From Trichoplax adhaerens (taxonomy: Eukaryota; Animalia; Placozoa): DNA of 64,000 bases. Shown piece by piece: positions 48,015 through 60,310 of the stretch. The notes beneath the pieces were generated by a model, which was given only the letters and a program-made list of their open reading frames with translations, ran no database searches and was not told where the DNA came from. Where the stretch lies: positions 2,353,836 to 2,417,835 of the forward strand of contig NW_002060949.1 of the NCBI RefSeq assembly GCF_000150275.1, given 5' to 3'. Within the stretch, counting starts at the first letter, position 1; the number at the start of each line of letters is the position of its first letter. A program made the position numbers and the translations under genes.

Positions 48015-49330
48015 GTAGTGTCGATTAGAAGGATCCAAGGATCGTTAGCTTGAGCTGCCCCTAATTTCTATATTGATAATACTGCACTGATTTGGAATAG
48101 CTCATCACAACACCAACGATGTCGTAATCTCCTGTGAAATCACACAGTACTTTAATTTCATTCAAGGAAAATGGTTAATTTATAGTAGTATTGGACCAGA
48201 CAGTATTGATTAGAATTCAACGATCGAAAACTTGAGATGCTAAACCGGTGATTTCCAGCTTGATAGCTCGTAATAATATCCAATAATATAATAATTAATT
48301 TATTACAACCCGATGATTTTTACGCGTAATCTTTTGTGAATACATAATCTATTTAATTTCGAGAAAATTGTTGATTTACCCAGTATAGTAGCATACCTTA
48401 GAATTGTGGATCTCTCTAAGGCATAGGTATCTACAAGTCTAGGGTATTGGTCACGACAGAATCCAACGATAGAAAACTTGAAGTTAACGAGATCTATTTA
48501 ATTGATAGAGAACTTGAGCTACTGAGCGCTAGTTAATTTAGGAAAAATTATTCATTCATCCAGCTGCTGTAGTATTGGGCATAGCAGTGTCGATTGAAAT
48601 CCAGCTATAGAAATTTGAGCTACCTACGATCTGCTTCCTAAATAATTAATCTATCATAATAATATTCAATAATTTATGGCAATATCGACGATCTTGCTAG
48701 TAATCTTCTATGAACATTTCAATTTATCATAGTCTTGGGACATGACCATGCACTGTATAAGAATCCAATGATCAGAAATTATCGACAATTCACCACTTGA
48801 CAATCCATTCTACCAATATAGAATACTCCGAAATGGTTCGTCACGACATCAATGATCTTACTGGAAAGATTCTATAAATATTAACTTATTTTAGTACTAC
48901 AACAATTTTTAATCGTAGCAAGCTGCATCGCCCTATTACACATGACAATGTCGATTGAAATCCAACGATCGGAAGCTTGAGCTACCGGTGATTTGCATCT
49001 TACCATTAATAATACCAATGCCCACGTAATAACCCTATCCTAAAATCACCATAACATGGATGATGCTGCTGATAAAGCTTATGAATACTGAATTTATCTT
49101 AGTTCAAATCTGTATCAGGGACTATTGTAGTAAAAGAAAGTGTTTTAGTAGTCCCTATCTGCATCTGGAGCATCAAATAATACTCATGTATGTCATAACT
49201 CAAAAATAATTCATCACGACACCAGTAGCATGACTGATCCACTTTTACAAATATTGAATTTAGAACAAGTTGCTAGAAAACAGCGAGCTGCAACGTGTTA
49301 TTCATCGAAAGCCTAAGCTGTCAGCGATCT
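48015..49330. repeat. Highly degenerate tandem array, spacing about 130-250 bp
   Basis: Core GTGTCGATTGAAATCCAACGATCG.AA.CTTGAGCTAC recurs at about 48017, 48202, 48457, 48586, 48757 and 48948, with a faint copy near 49300. Confidence 0.75.
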
Positions 49331-51695
49331 ACGTCATAGTTTATTAATATCGCTTGTATGTAGTGTACTACCATGGAAGAATTCACGGCGCTACCAATAA
49401 TGCTTTGACTGATAATTTTGTATACTAGAGTACAGTGCATAAATCAATGATCAAGCATCGTAAATCGTCATTAAAATCATGTCATAAAGATGCAAAGTTT
49501 GTCGTGTACATGAGCTTATCCATCCTAGAATGACTTCCTAGAAGTAGATTGGAAAAATGGCTTGTCTAGTGAAATTTAAATAATACTTTAGTTTGTCATC
49601 CATCGGACAGCCTACTGCAATCGTCTAATTCATTTGCTGATTGCTTTTAGTAAGCATTCGTGACGATTATTCAGCACCAGTTGATCACTTTACCACTTGG
49701 TGAGCAATCATAAATTGACGGCTGAAATAATAATAATTCAATGATAATGCGATAATAAGAAGAATTATATTACTAAAGCCAAAAAACTCTTGGAACTTTT
49801 CATCTGAAATCCGATATGTAGTACGGTGTACCCTTTCCATCCAATGACCACAAAGTTTGTAGAACAATCTAAACTACACTATCAAAAGAGATCAAAGTAG
49901 GAAATGACTTGTAGCTTCAACAGATCAAATCCTCATTGAACCGAGCAATCCTTGATTGAATTTGATGTCTTAATAATTCATCATTTCAATTATTAGCCCC
50001 CAAATTGATCGTTGCCCGGTATGAGCATCATGGCTGGGCCCGAATGACGGGCCTGCTCATCCGCTTGGCAGTTAACTGATAGTGGATGATGATCTTGTTT
50101 ACAGATCAGTTCGATTATTGCCAATCTCATAATCCTTGATTAAATGATTAAATTGGGTATGTCAAGCTGTCACGAGCCGATAGACTCTTTTAGAAGTAGA
50201 GTATCATGTCTTGTTGCAGTCATGATGATCCATGGAGGTCTCAAAGGCGCTGTCCTCAAGTTGATTTTGATCCGGTGGGCTGGCCGCTTCCACCAGTAGC
50301 CAGATACCGGCGGTAACCATGTTTATGGATCATTACCAATTTCATGTTGACAGGGCTTGTAGTCCAAGACTTGCGATAGAAGAGTCTAGTCCAACTGAAC
50401 TGGAGACCAATCCATCATAGAAACGCCATCAATTCATTTATGAATACGTTTCAAGGCCTGTATCCCATTTACAACACTACTGTATGCCATCAACAAGGTT
50501 GTCGACGAGATGACCAAAGCGCTCTTCCGCGGCTGAGCACGCGCTAGCCTAATGATCGTTTATCTTGTCTGAACAAGTTTATAACAAGTTTAAATATGTC
50601 CCAAACATGATCAAGGCCGACGATGCTCATCATCATCCATATTAATGAATAGCCTCTTAACAACAGTCCAACTACCCAACTACCGTGATACAATCCAGTC
50701 AAACACCTATTGATATTTGCCCATAACGATATTACCATTGAATGTTGATGGATCCACTTGTTAAATCATGTTGCATGTGCAGTTGTCCACATAATAGACA
50801 TGATGGGAACCAACAATACCATATTGTAGGCTATTCTCAATGGCCATTTTAAAAGGCGTTAACTCCTGATGGTTGTATTTTTGCCCAATGCAATGTGCTA
50901 TCTTTCCTATTCATCAACATGGATTGAATTAAAAGAAAAGTTGAACAAGTCTTATCATGTTAGAAAATTGTTGACAATTACGTCAGCATCAGTCGGCAAC
51001 GATTGGCTATCCTATGGATGCTATTGACAAGCGAGATCATTGATATTGATATCAAGGTAGAAATTTCAACAAGATGAGGCTATACATAAACTTGTTGTTG
51101 ACGATAGTCATAGTAGGATAGACCAGGATAGCTAGTAGTATTAGGGTAGTGCCATGAGCGCTGAAACCCAATGGAGGGGGAGGAGGAGAAGAGGATTACC
51201 TGACGTGGCATTTATTTGCGGCCGCCGGTTAACATGAAGAAGCCATATCACTACGGCATGATAGCCATGATTTAAGTTAGTCTACTCTCATCATTCTGCC
51301 AACGATAAGATAATCCATTTACATTTCTATTCTTTCATTAATACAACCTTTTAAAAAAAGGACAAAAAGGCTTGTAGGACGGCCGTTGTACCCCTATTCT
51401 ACTGTTGATCAGTCAGAATTAATGACATAATTAAAATAATTATTATTCTTATTGATACTAGAGTGGAGTAAATGAGTCGTCATCGATTGGCGAGAGTGCA
51501 ATCGTTACGTTAACGTTATCGATAAGAGTCTACAAAATAAATTAGTCATCTTAATTTCATCATTATTATTATTATTATCTTGGTTAGCGTAGGGTAGCAA
51601 GCGTGTTGTATCACGTCGACAAGTTGCAGTTGGCAAGCTTCCACTTGAAATCAAGAGCGACACTGGATCGTTCGATATTCATGTCCTAGCCTGCC

Positions 51696-51710
51696 TTGGA
51701 CTTGTTCCAA
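51696..51710. promoter_or_regulatory. Candidate palindromic NFI binding site upstream of the NFI gene
   Basis: TTGGA-CTTGT-TCCAA has the TTGG-N7-CCAA spacing of the NFI consensus TTGGC-N5-GCCAA. Confidence 0.35.
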
Positions 51711-51993
51711 CATTGATCACTGTGCTTAACAATTTTAGTGTATAAAAAGTTGACCAACAACCATAAGCCCCCCATTCGTAGACTATCGCTGGCAATTGGC
51801 CTTATTTGTCGCATGACATCCAAATCAAGATAAACTTGATCCACTTCGGTACGCTTGGTGACGAGAAGAGTCATTGGATCCTAGACAAATTAGCCTTCTT
51901 GAAAAAAAATCGCTGCATTGAAAATTGCTTGTGCTGGTATATCGAGGTACAGACATTAACAAGTTGAGGGAGAGAGAGCAATCAACTAGCATC

Positions 51994-54900
51994 ATGGTAA
52001 GCAATCGAATCGATTTGGAAGAATTACAACGTTATATCCATCCTAGAGCCTACGGTTGGTTCCATCTACAACAAAAACGAAGACATTACAATAGCACCAA
52101 TCGGCGTAGTAATATGATCAAATATGATAATATTAAAAATAAACAGGAAGATACTTGGCTAGCTGACATTAAACGTGTCAGAAATCATGATAAAATGTTA
52201 TGGTGTAAACGATTATTAATTAAAATTTTAAAAGATGTCAAAACTGAAAATAAACGCAACATTACCCAATGGATCCGTGATAGAAATACCGATAAATGCA
52301 TCATTTCCAATCCTGATTATCGTGGTAAAATGAGACGTATCGATTGCTTACGACAAACGGATAAAGTATGGCGATTGGATATTGTTATGGCTATTTTATT
52401 TACTGGTGTCCCACTCGAATCGACCGATAGCGACAGAATATGCAAGTCCAATCAATGCCAAAATCCAGACCTCTGCATATCACCATTTCATGTTCAAGTT
52501 GTAGCTAGAGAACTGGATATCTTCTTATATAATAAAATGTCACAACAAGATTCAGGTTAGTCAAAACTTTCAATCATTATTATTCCAATTAAGAAATAGC
52601 CTCGGTGTAATTCTTACTTATTGTTAGACGCACTTTAAAAAATCAAAATATAACAGTAGCTAGAAGATACACACGTTGCCATCATAACTTGATGCAAATG
52701 ATGCCATTAATTTCATCATATCCGTAGATTAATCACTTCATTACCTTAACTAACAATAGAATAGCTTCCATTTTTTTCATCGAATCAATTAATCAATCGG
52801 AAACTATCGGTAATGCTGATCCTAATTTTCATTTTTATCCCTCTCCAAGTGTCTCTCTTTCACAGTACTGTACACACTTATTACTACTAAGATAAATATC
52901 TGCAGATTTACAGATTATACCTACAACTAACCAATGAAGGAATAATCATCTTACTTCCTTATTGTCATAGCACTTATTACTCTTGCCCACTTACATTCAA
53001 CAATTATATAGCTATTGCAATACTTGTTTAAATTTTAAAAACGAACTGACCTCGAATATTATGCTACTGTAATTTACCTTAAAAGACAAATTAGTGCATT
53101 AAACATTTGCTGAAACTGGATTAGGAATAAATGATGAAATATTGCTATTACCCTATTGCCATAACCAATTCAACTAAACAAGAATACTACCCAACATAGA
53201 ACAAGATAGCATATGGTTTGCGTCATTATTACAACTACAAGTACTACAGTACATCAGTTGGTTAAGATCAACCAAATTTTTAAAAGGCTATCGTAATACC
53301 AAGTAAAAATATAATATCGCATTATCCTTCTATATTTGCATACTTTATCATTCTAAATACGATATTGACGACAAAAAGATTCAACAATAAAGTCTACTAT
53401 TCACGCTCATTTATCCAATTATTTTAACTAAAAAGGTTTAAAAATTGATTTGAAAATCCTTACAACAACAATAACAGAGAAGACGACTAAGGAAAAAAAA
53501 AAATCATATCGTCATAGCAGAAAATAACCACTCTCATCCCAGTGATCATTTCCTAGAAATAGAATGTTTGCAACAACCAGTTAGTTACTAAAGCGTATAT
53601 TGAAAAATTAATTACAAGGTTAATAACCTTTAATTCTCATAACTACAGCTGCGGTAGTTTATAACTAGCCCTATTACATAAATACCATTACTGTACTGGA
53701 TATTACGTATATTATGCTGTTGAGATATTCCGATACTCAAAAGATGAATTATTAACATTAAATATCTCTACGACGCTACTACCCTAGCTAACTTATGCTG
53801 TGGTTGATACAATCTCTTCATACGGTCATCATGAGATCGCCAACTCTATGAATTGAGAACTCTTAAAGATATCGTTGAAAATTCATCAATCACGCTTTGC
53901 AGTCATAATATCCAATTGATTTTATTGCAAAAATGTACTCTAATACAGCCTAATAATAAGTCATAATCCTTATATCCATAGAATTTTAAAGGTCTTCAAT
54001 GTTATAACTGCAAAGTTGCGAATACGTCTAAAATTTAATATCAAAATCAAAACTTTAATTCCTTGTCTAGGCGCTGGCTAATCAACAACACAGCGCATTC
54101 TCATAATATTGTACGGAGAAAAAAAAATTCACACCTATGTACTGCTGAGAACTCCTTAAAAATCGCAATCGAGAATTTTTAACTTTATTACGAAAGAGGA
54201 ATTTAAAAACTCTTCCTATGCCTAAAATAGGATACTAATCTACTTTTTGACACCTGTTTCCAATTTAGAAATATTTTGGGTTATTTCATCAGACCATACT
54301 GTTACAGTTCAACACGTGGGAAAATGGCGGCCCATCAAATGAAAACATACACCGCCTTTATTGCATGATGTAAATGATGCAATGCGTCCAAAGTGGACGA
54401 TATTTGTACGATATTACATGTGAAATAGCGCAAATGATATAATGACTATTATAAGGCGAAGTAGTCTGTTTAGATCGATCTTGAACGATCGAATCGACGA
54501 ACTAGTTCAATTATTCAATTTTTTCCACCATTTTTAATATTGGTACGACGTGATTGAGAAATGCGTTGACATACAGTAAACGTATACGGTTGATAGTATC
54601 CAAGTCTAGTCTACGTATATAATTTTGTATTCATGAGAATGCCATATTGCATAGCTTGCATATATATACATACGTCTTATAGGCAAAGCATCGCGTCATC
54701 ACTTTTTCTTCCACATTATTATGCCGCAATAGGCATTCATGAGGAATAGCATATGCATTTCCCTAAAAATAATATAGTTTGCCCTTCGACTAAATATTAT
54801 CTTTACATAATATGATAAAATTCTTTTTAAGATTAGTTAAGAATTTATTCTTAATTAAAAAACTTTCTTCGCTATTAATTAAATAAAAAAGTTCTTTTTA

Positions 54901-55924
54901 ATATCGCGCTGGGAACCAGGATAGAAAGAGTATTAAATTAATTTATTAGCAGATAGATAGACAACTTTATAAACGTAATTAAGAATTTATGATATAGAAA
55001 ACCTTCATTTTATTATGCTGATGATTTAAATATAAAACTATTTTAAAATTACTCTCTTCTATATTATGAAATAATTTATTCACTTCAAATCGAGATGGGC
55101 TTTGAAATATAAATTAGAGAGTAAAAATTAAACAGCTAACCACATTTACTGAAATAAAAGTCGTACTTTTAGCAGGATTTATGCGACTAGATAGATTGTA
55201 CCTTAAAATATATTATATTCTTTGTTGTCAAGTAAATAATCCCGATTAAAATAATTAAAAAGTATAAATTGGACATGAAAATATTTGCTATTTATAAGAA
55301 ATAAAGCTTAGCTTTACATGCAGACGGCAAGAATAAATTTTAAAATCGACATCCTTTATTTTATGTTACAGGTAATTCAGTTAGAATTCATAGCGTATTT
55401 AAAGCAAGCGACTTTAATACTGCTGCTGGTAAGAAGACTAGAATAAGATTTAAAAAAAACTGTAGATTGTTGCGTCCTTTTTGTCTTTACTTACAATTAA
55501 ATCAAAAATTTCAATTATTATAGACGCGGCGGCATCTGTGCCACCATCAATACCACCGTCGCCTCCGCCATATTACAGAACGGCGATTAACGTTGGCAAC
55601 TTAGCTAGAGAGGATAATAACAACCATGAAACGGCTGTTTCAGTCCCGAACGATATTGTTACCTCTGCATCAATTGCTACAACTGCCGTTAACAATTTAG
55701 TACCAATGATTTCGGTATGGAATAGTAGTGACTGTCTACCGCATCCGCATTCGCAAATTATATCATTTTCTCCTACAAGTGGCCATTTTGTCCGAAGCCA
55801 GCCTTATGGTAATTGTTACTGCCCTCCATCTGCTGTGGATCCATCGCATCGCCCGATTGCAACTACACCCAGAGGCACAGAATTTATCCCGCAACCTAAT
55901 CACGGGTATGTATTGTATGTTTGA
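51994..55924 (+). CDS. NFI: Nuclear factor I (CTF/NFI) family transcription factor; 3' end ambiguous (stop at 55924, 56023 or 56329)
   Basis: Exon 51994-52555 encodes the NFI DNA-binding domain: AYGWFHLQQKRRHY..KCIISNPDYRGKMRRIDCLRQTDKVWRLDIVMAILFTGVPLESTDSDRICKSNQCQNPDLCISPFHV..RELDIFL. It is followed by phase-consistent exons 55372-55428 (GNSVRIHSVFKASDF) and 55524 onward (Pro-rich tail). An additional upstream exon cannot be excluded. Confidence 0.92.
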
Positions 55925-57283
55925 TAATTAATTTCTATGTTTGAACGATTATTTCTATCTCAATTGAATATGCCATACTCTATGTTACTTGACAGATTGA
56001 CATGTACTACTGCACTCTGCTAATATTACTGTAGTTATTTTTGAAGCGAAATCGCTAATGTCTATCTCGGCCACTCTATTACCATAACTTGCGACTAGCA
56101 TTAAATCCAATCTACTCATTATTTTTCAACCCCTTACTACATTACTCGATTGATTTGCATTCATACTATCTTGATGAAAGTCTTTTTGTTAATCTACTGA
56201 TTTTAAGATACCGCTGTGGTAATTATTTTACTGTATATTGACATGGCATTATAATTCAATATTTTCTTCAGCAGTGAATATATTCATTTACGGGAACCTA
56301 TAGCGACGTTACAGGGAAGTCCATATTAAAAATTTTGAATGAAATTTTGCAAGGATCAACCTATCTATAGCATAATATCAACTTTCAAGACGTTCTACAA
56401 GATTTTACAATATGTTGCAAAAAATTACATTAACAGATATTGGTAATTATAAAAATACTAGAACTATAAATTAGGCCTTTAAAGCTCTAATTAAAACAGT
56501 ACAGCTGTCCGACATGTTGCCTACTGCAGTCAAACAATTCATTTAATTGTACTGTAGGTTTCGCATTTGTTCTTAAAATATAAGAAATGCTTCGATGCTA
56601 TGATTAACATGAATGTTAGAGTTTCGATCTATATAAATATAAGACAGTATCTATACGTATATGTATAAAAATTCGTTTCTACGGTCTGTTTCATTGATTC
56701 GTTCAATATTGAACGTTAACGTTTTTAAAAATTACATACATTCGTTCGCAACAAGTCACAATTTTATAGCGATGATCATAAGGCTATAAAAAAATCATTA
56801 AATTATTTTATAAAATTAATTACTGTAATCAAATGAATTTTAAATTCTGTTTAGTGTCTCTGATATACTTAAGTTGAGTAATACTATATCACGACTTTCA
56901 TGTTCTATCTTCTCTATGTACTTGTATTTTAAAAATTCATTTGTATCGTTAACAAAATGACAAAAGTTATGTATTTGTCATGAGAGTTTCTCAGCTATTT
57001 TCTTTTAATGAAAGCAAATAAATGACTAACAATGTGAAAAAACGAGTGATGAAATTCGTTGCAATGTTCTTAAGCCGAATAGTTATTTTATTTATGTCAG
57101 TGTAATACCCAATTAAGATACGTTGTTAGCATCAAAAATAAATTTCTTTACACAGCTAGTACAGCATAACTGAATTGCTAAAATGACTCTAATCGTGTTA
57201 TATTATTACTATAGATGGGAGAATACTGTAGCATTGAAAGTTGCAACGTAAAATTATTTTGGGATTAGTCTGTTTAGTATTTC

Positions 57284-57491
57284 CTAATTGCTATTCCCAG
57301 CAGTAATATCATTGAAATTAGGCGTACTCTGCTCCATCCTTTTAAGTTTAATGTTTTCTAAATTTGCGTACATTTTCGCTAAATCATTTTTAAATGTTAT
57401 CATATATCATGATCGAATTTCATTACCGATTCTCATCTCCGTAATTGCTATTCCGAGTAAATATCGTGAAAGTTGGGGATACTGTATTCTC
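57284..57491. repeat. Two diverged copies of an approximately 50-bp motif, about 157 bp apart
   Basis: TAATTGCTATTCC.AG..AATATC.TGAAA.T.GG..TACT at about 57285 and 57442. Confidence 0.6.
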
Positions 57492-59139
57492 GTTTCTAGA
57501 CATCACCTGAAATTTTTGCATACCAACATCACTATATTTTATCTCTGATTTTACGTCTTTTTATTTACTACTCCTGTTGCTATCGTAATCCTTTTTAATT
57601 GACCTACTAATATTTAAGTTTAAGGATACTATTATGAAAATATCTTTAGATTTACAACATTGTATTTACTCTGTAATTTTTAAGCAACAGTTTGACTTTA
57701 CGCGTAGTAGCTTCCGCCGTAGGCATCAAGGAAAATTTAATTTGTAATCGACTATTCCCTGCTGATACCAGGCGGTGGCGTAGGTATCTGCGATAACTGT
57801 ATACAATTTCCATTTTGTTCATGTAATAACTGGAAAATTTTTTAAAGACTGCACCAATAGAATCGCTTTACTTTTTAATTAACATCACATATGGCTATAC
57901 TACGTATAAATTTTCTATCATAACGCGCTTCCTAGTTTCATCCACATTCATTAACTGACATTGCAGTTGTTACACTCGACGTGAATACTTTTATTGCTTC
58001 TATTGATGCTATACGTTGTTCATAAATTGTTTAATACGACGCATTTCTAATATTTATCACTGATTATTAGCTGAAATTGCTACCAAATTCTATTTGTACT
58101 CTTTACATTTGTCATTTCCTACAAATACATAGTTAGCGCTTATTGCATCTTGTTCGTAAGCTTCCTTACTGTTAATATGATACATCTCTACATGTCTAGG
58201 TATTATAGTTAGCTAAAATTGTTACGCTACCTTTAAGTATGAATTATTTCATTTGAAATCGAAGCTTATCTACTTTTTCTTCTTTGCATAGTTATTAGTT
58301 ACTAGTAAATAGATGCATGATTTCTCAGTGCTTTTATTTGATTTGCATTAGAGAGATTAAATTAGCACTAACAGTTAAAGTTGTAGTTATTTCCTTATGA
58401 TTGATAACCTACCGAGCTTTTATTGATATATACGTATGTATTTTTTTAATCGCTTTAAAGAACTCGTTGCGCTCATACTAACATAAAGGAAATAACATTC
58501 CGCACTACCTTATATAATACTACACCGGCATAAAATACCGCAGTTTAGGCGCTCCTCTTTTAACATCGTTAACAGTTACTGCACACGTTCAATATCGAGA
58601 ATATACGATACATTTCACCGATAGTTTACTTGATTTTAGAAATGCGCAGGTACTACTCGTCTCTTGTCATAGGAGTCTAAATTTCCGGACTATCGTAGTT
58701 TTTTAGTGCGCTAGAATGATCGCAGTCGCAGCTATTCGCTGAAAAGCTCATTTTTATGGGATAAAGTACATGTATGTGCATAAATTTTAAACTTATATAT
58801 AAATCCGCAAGATTATTCAATGTTGTAAGTGCGCTAAAACGATCCTGGTCGCCATTATCAACTTAAAGTCTCGTAATTTCGTGGAGCGGCTATCGGTATA
58901 TATTTTCTCAGGACGATCAACATTTTGTCAGTTGGAGTGATTCATTTAATGATATCAACCGCAAAGCTTAGATCAACGGATAGATATTCTCTCAAACCGG
59001 CGTAATCATGTTCTTTCTGCCAATTAATATATTCAATAATCGCTGTGATCAACTGAAAATTCATGTCACAAGATTGCTATTTCATAAATCTTCTTTGGAA
59101 AATTGATAAAAATATCAGATTGCATAGAATGAGCTTCAG

Positions 59140-59830
59140 CGGACAGGAACAGTTAGAATCATTTGAAAACTCTAAAAGTTTATCAATATCGGATAATATA
59201 TCATCTAACAGCGACGGCTAGAATTATTTAAAAAGTCTACAAGCCTACGAATACAGATAATCTTTGGGTTAGAACTTGGAATAGGGGTAGTTTTTCTTCA
59301 AATGCTTCAGAAGACTGATAGTTAGATTATTAAGTAAACTGTGACCTGACAGCAACGACTAAAATCATTCAAAAGCGCTAAAAGTTTACGAATATACTTG
59401 TATATATCCTGTCAAGTTTACTACTGGCGGTAATTAGAGCCATCCCAAAGCAATAAAATTTTACGTATGTACTCGTATATATCTTCGGGAGTAAATTTAA
59501 GCTGACACCAACGACGGGAATTATTGCATAGCGAGAAAAGTTTACGTCTAAGTCCTATCAGGGTGATTTTCCTTAGACGGCAACGACTAGAATCATTGGA
59601 AAATGCTAAAAGTTGATCAAAATATACTCGTATATCCTACCCAGTAAATTGATGGCAGTGATTAGAATAATTCGAAAGCACTAAAAGTTTACGAATATAT
59701 TTGTATTTATTTTATGGAGTAATTCAAACTGATACCAACGACTAGAATCATTGCAAAACGCGAAAAGTAAATCAAAATAGATGTCCTATTGAACAAATTT
59801 TCAACTGACAGCAACAACTAGAATCATATT
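59140..59830. repeat. Degenerate tandem array, about 76-bp monomer with an apparent 3-monomer (about 227-bp) higher-order period
   Basis: CTGACAGCAACGACTAGAATCATT..AAAGCGCTAAAAGTTTACG at about 59346, 59424, 59502, 59574, 59649, 59729 and 59806, with older copies at about 59140 and 59205. Confidence 0.85.
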
Positions 59831-60100
59831 CTAATTGATTAGAAGGTGATTACTCAGAAAAGCTTTTTCTCTCTGCCGCATACAGTTAGCTTTGTAGCGG
59901 CCACAGTTATTCTAACATCCTAAAGAAGATTATCATCAGTCAAAATTGACGAAATATCCTTCGTATCCATTGAATCTATTCTGATCATAGCAACGATTGG
60001 AATTATCTAGGTACGTTGGAAGAAGATGCTCATCTTGAGAAGACCCTTGTCCTTCGCATGGAATGGAGACTTTTAGTTTAGGTTTCTTCATTTCAATAGT

Positions 60101-60310
60101 AAAAAACTCTATTCCATGCGATCAGTACAGCCTATTAACTTTTCATCTAATTATTTTTGTTCAGTGCCGGCAGGATATAAGTTCTGGTAGTTCCATCGAC
60201 TAGAAAACCCATTCCATGCAACAAATACAGTCTATTAACTTTCACTCTAATTATATCTTTATTTCAGTGGGTCAGAACGGTTCCAGTAGCTCCATCCACT
60301 GAGAAATCCA
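60101..60310. repeat. Two-copy direct repeat, period about 100 bp
   Basis: ATTCCATGC...TACAG.CTATTAACTTT..TCTAATTAT...TTCAGTG...GTAG.TCCATC.ACT at about 60111 and 60211. Confidence 0.8.

Noticed and set aside
50017-50063. SECIS element
   Set aside because: It lacks the ATGA/GA quartet geometry and is not in the 3' UTR of any gene with an in-frame TGA.
50444-50536. Short frame ending ...KALFRG*, resembling an amidated neuropeptide precursor end
   Set aside because: No start codon, signal peptide or convincing upstream exon could be linked.
59140-59830. CRISPR-like appearance (conserved part plus variable part)
   Set aside because: The repeats are degenerate, the 'spacers' are related to each other, there are no cas genes and the context is eukaryotic.
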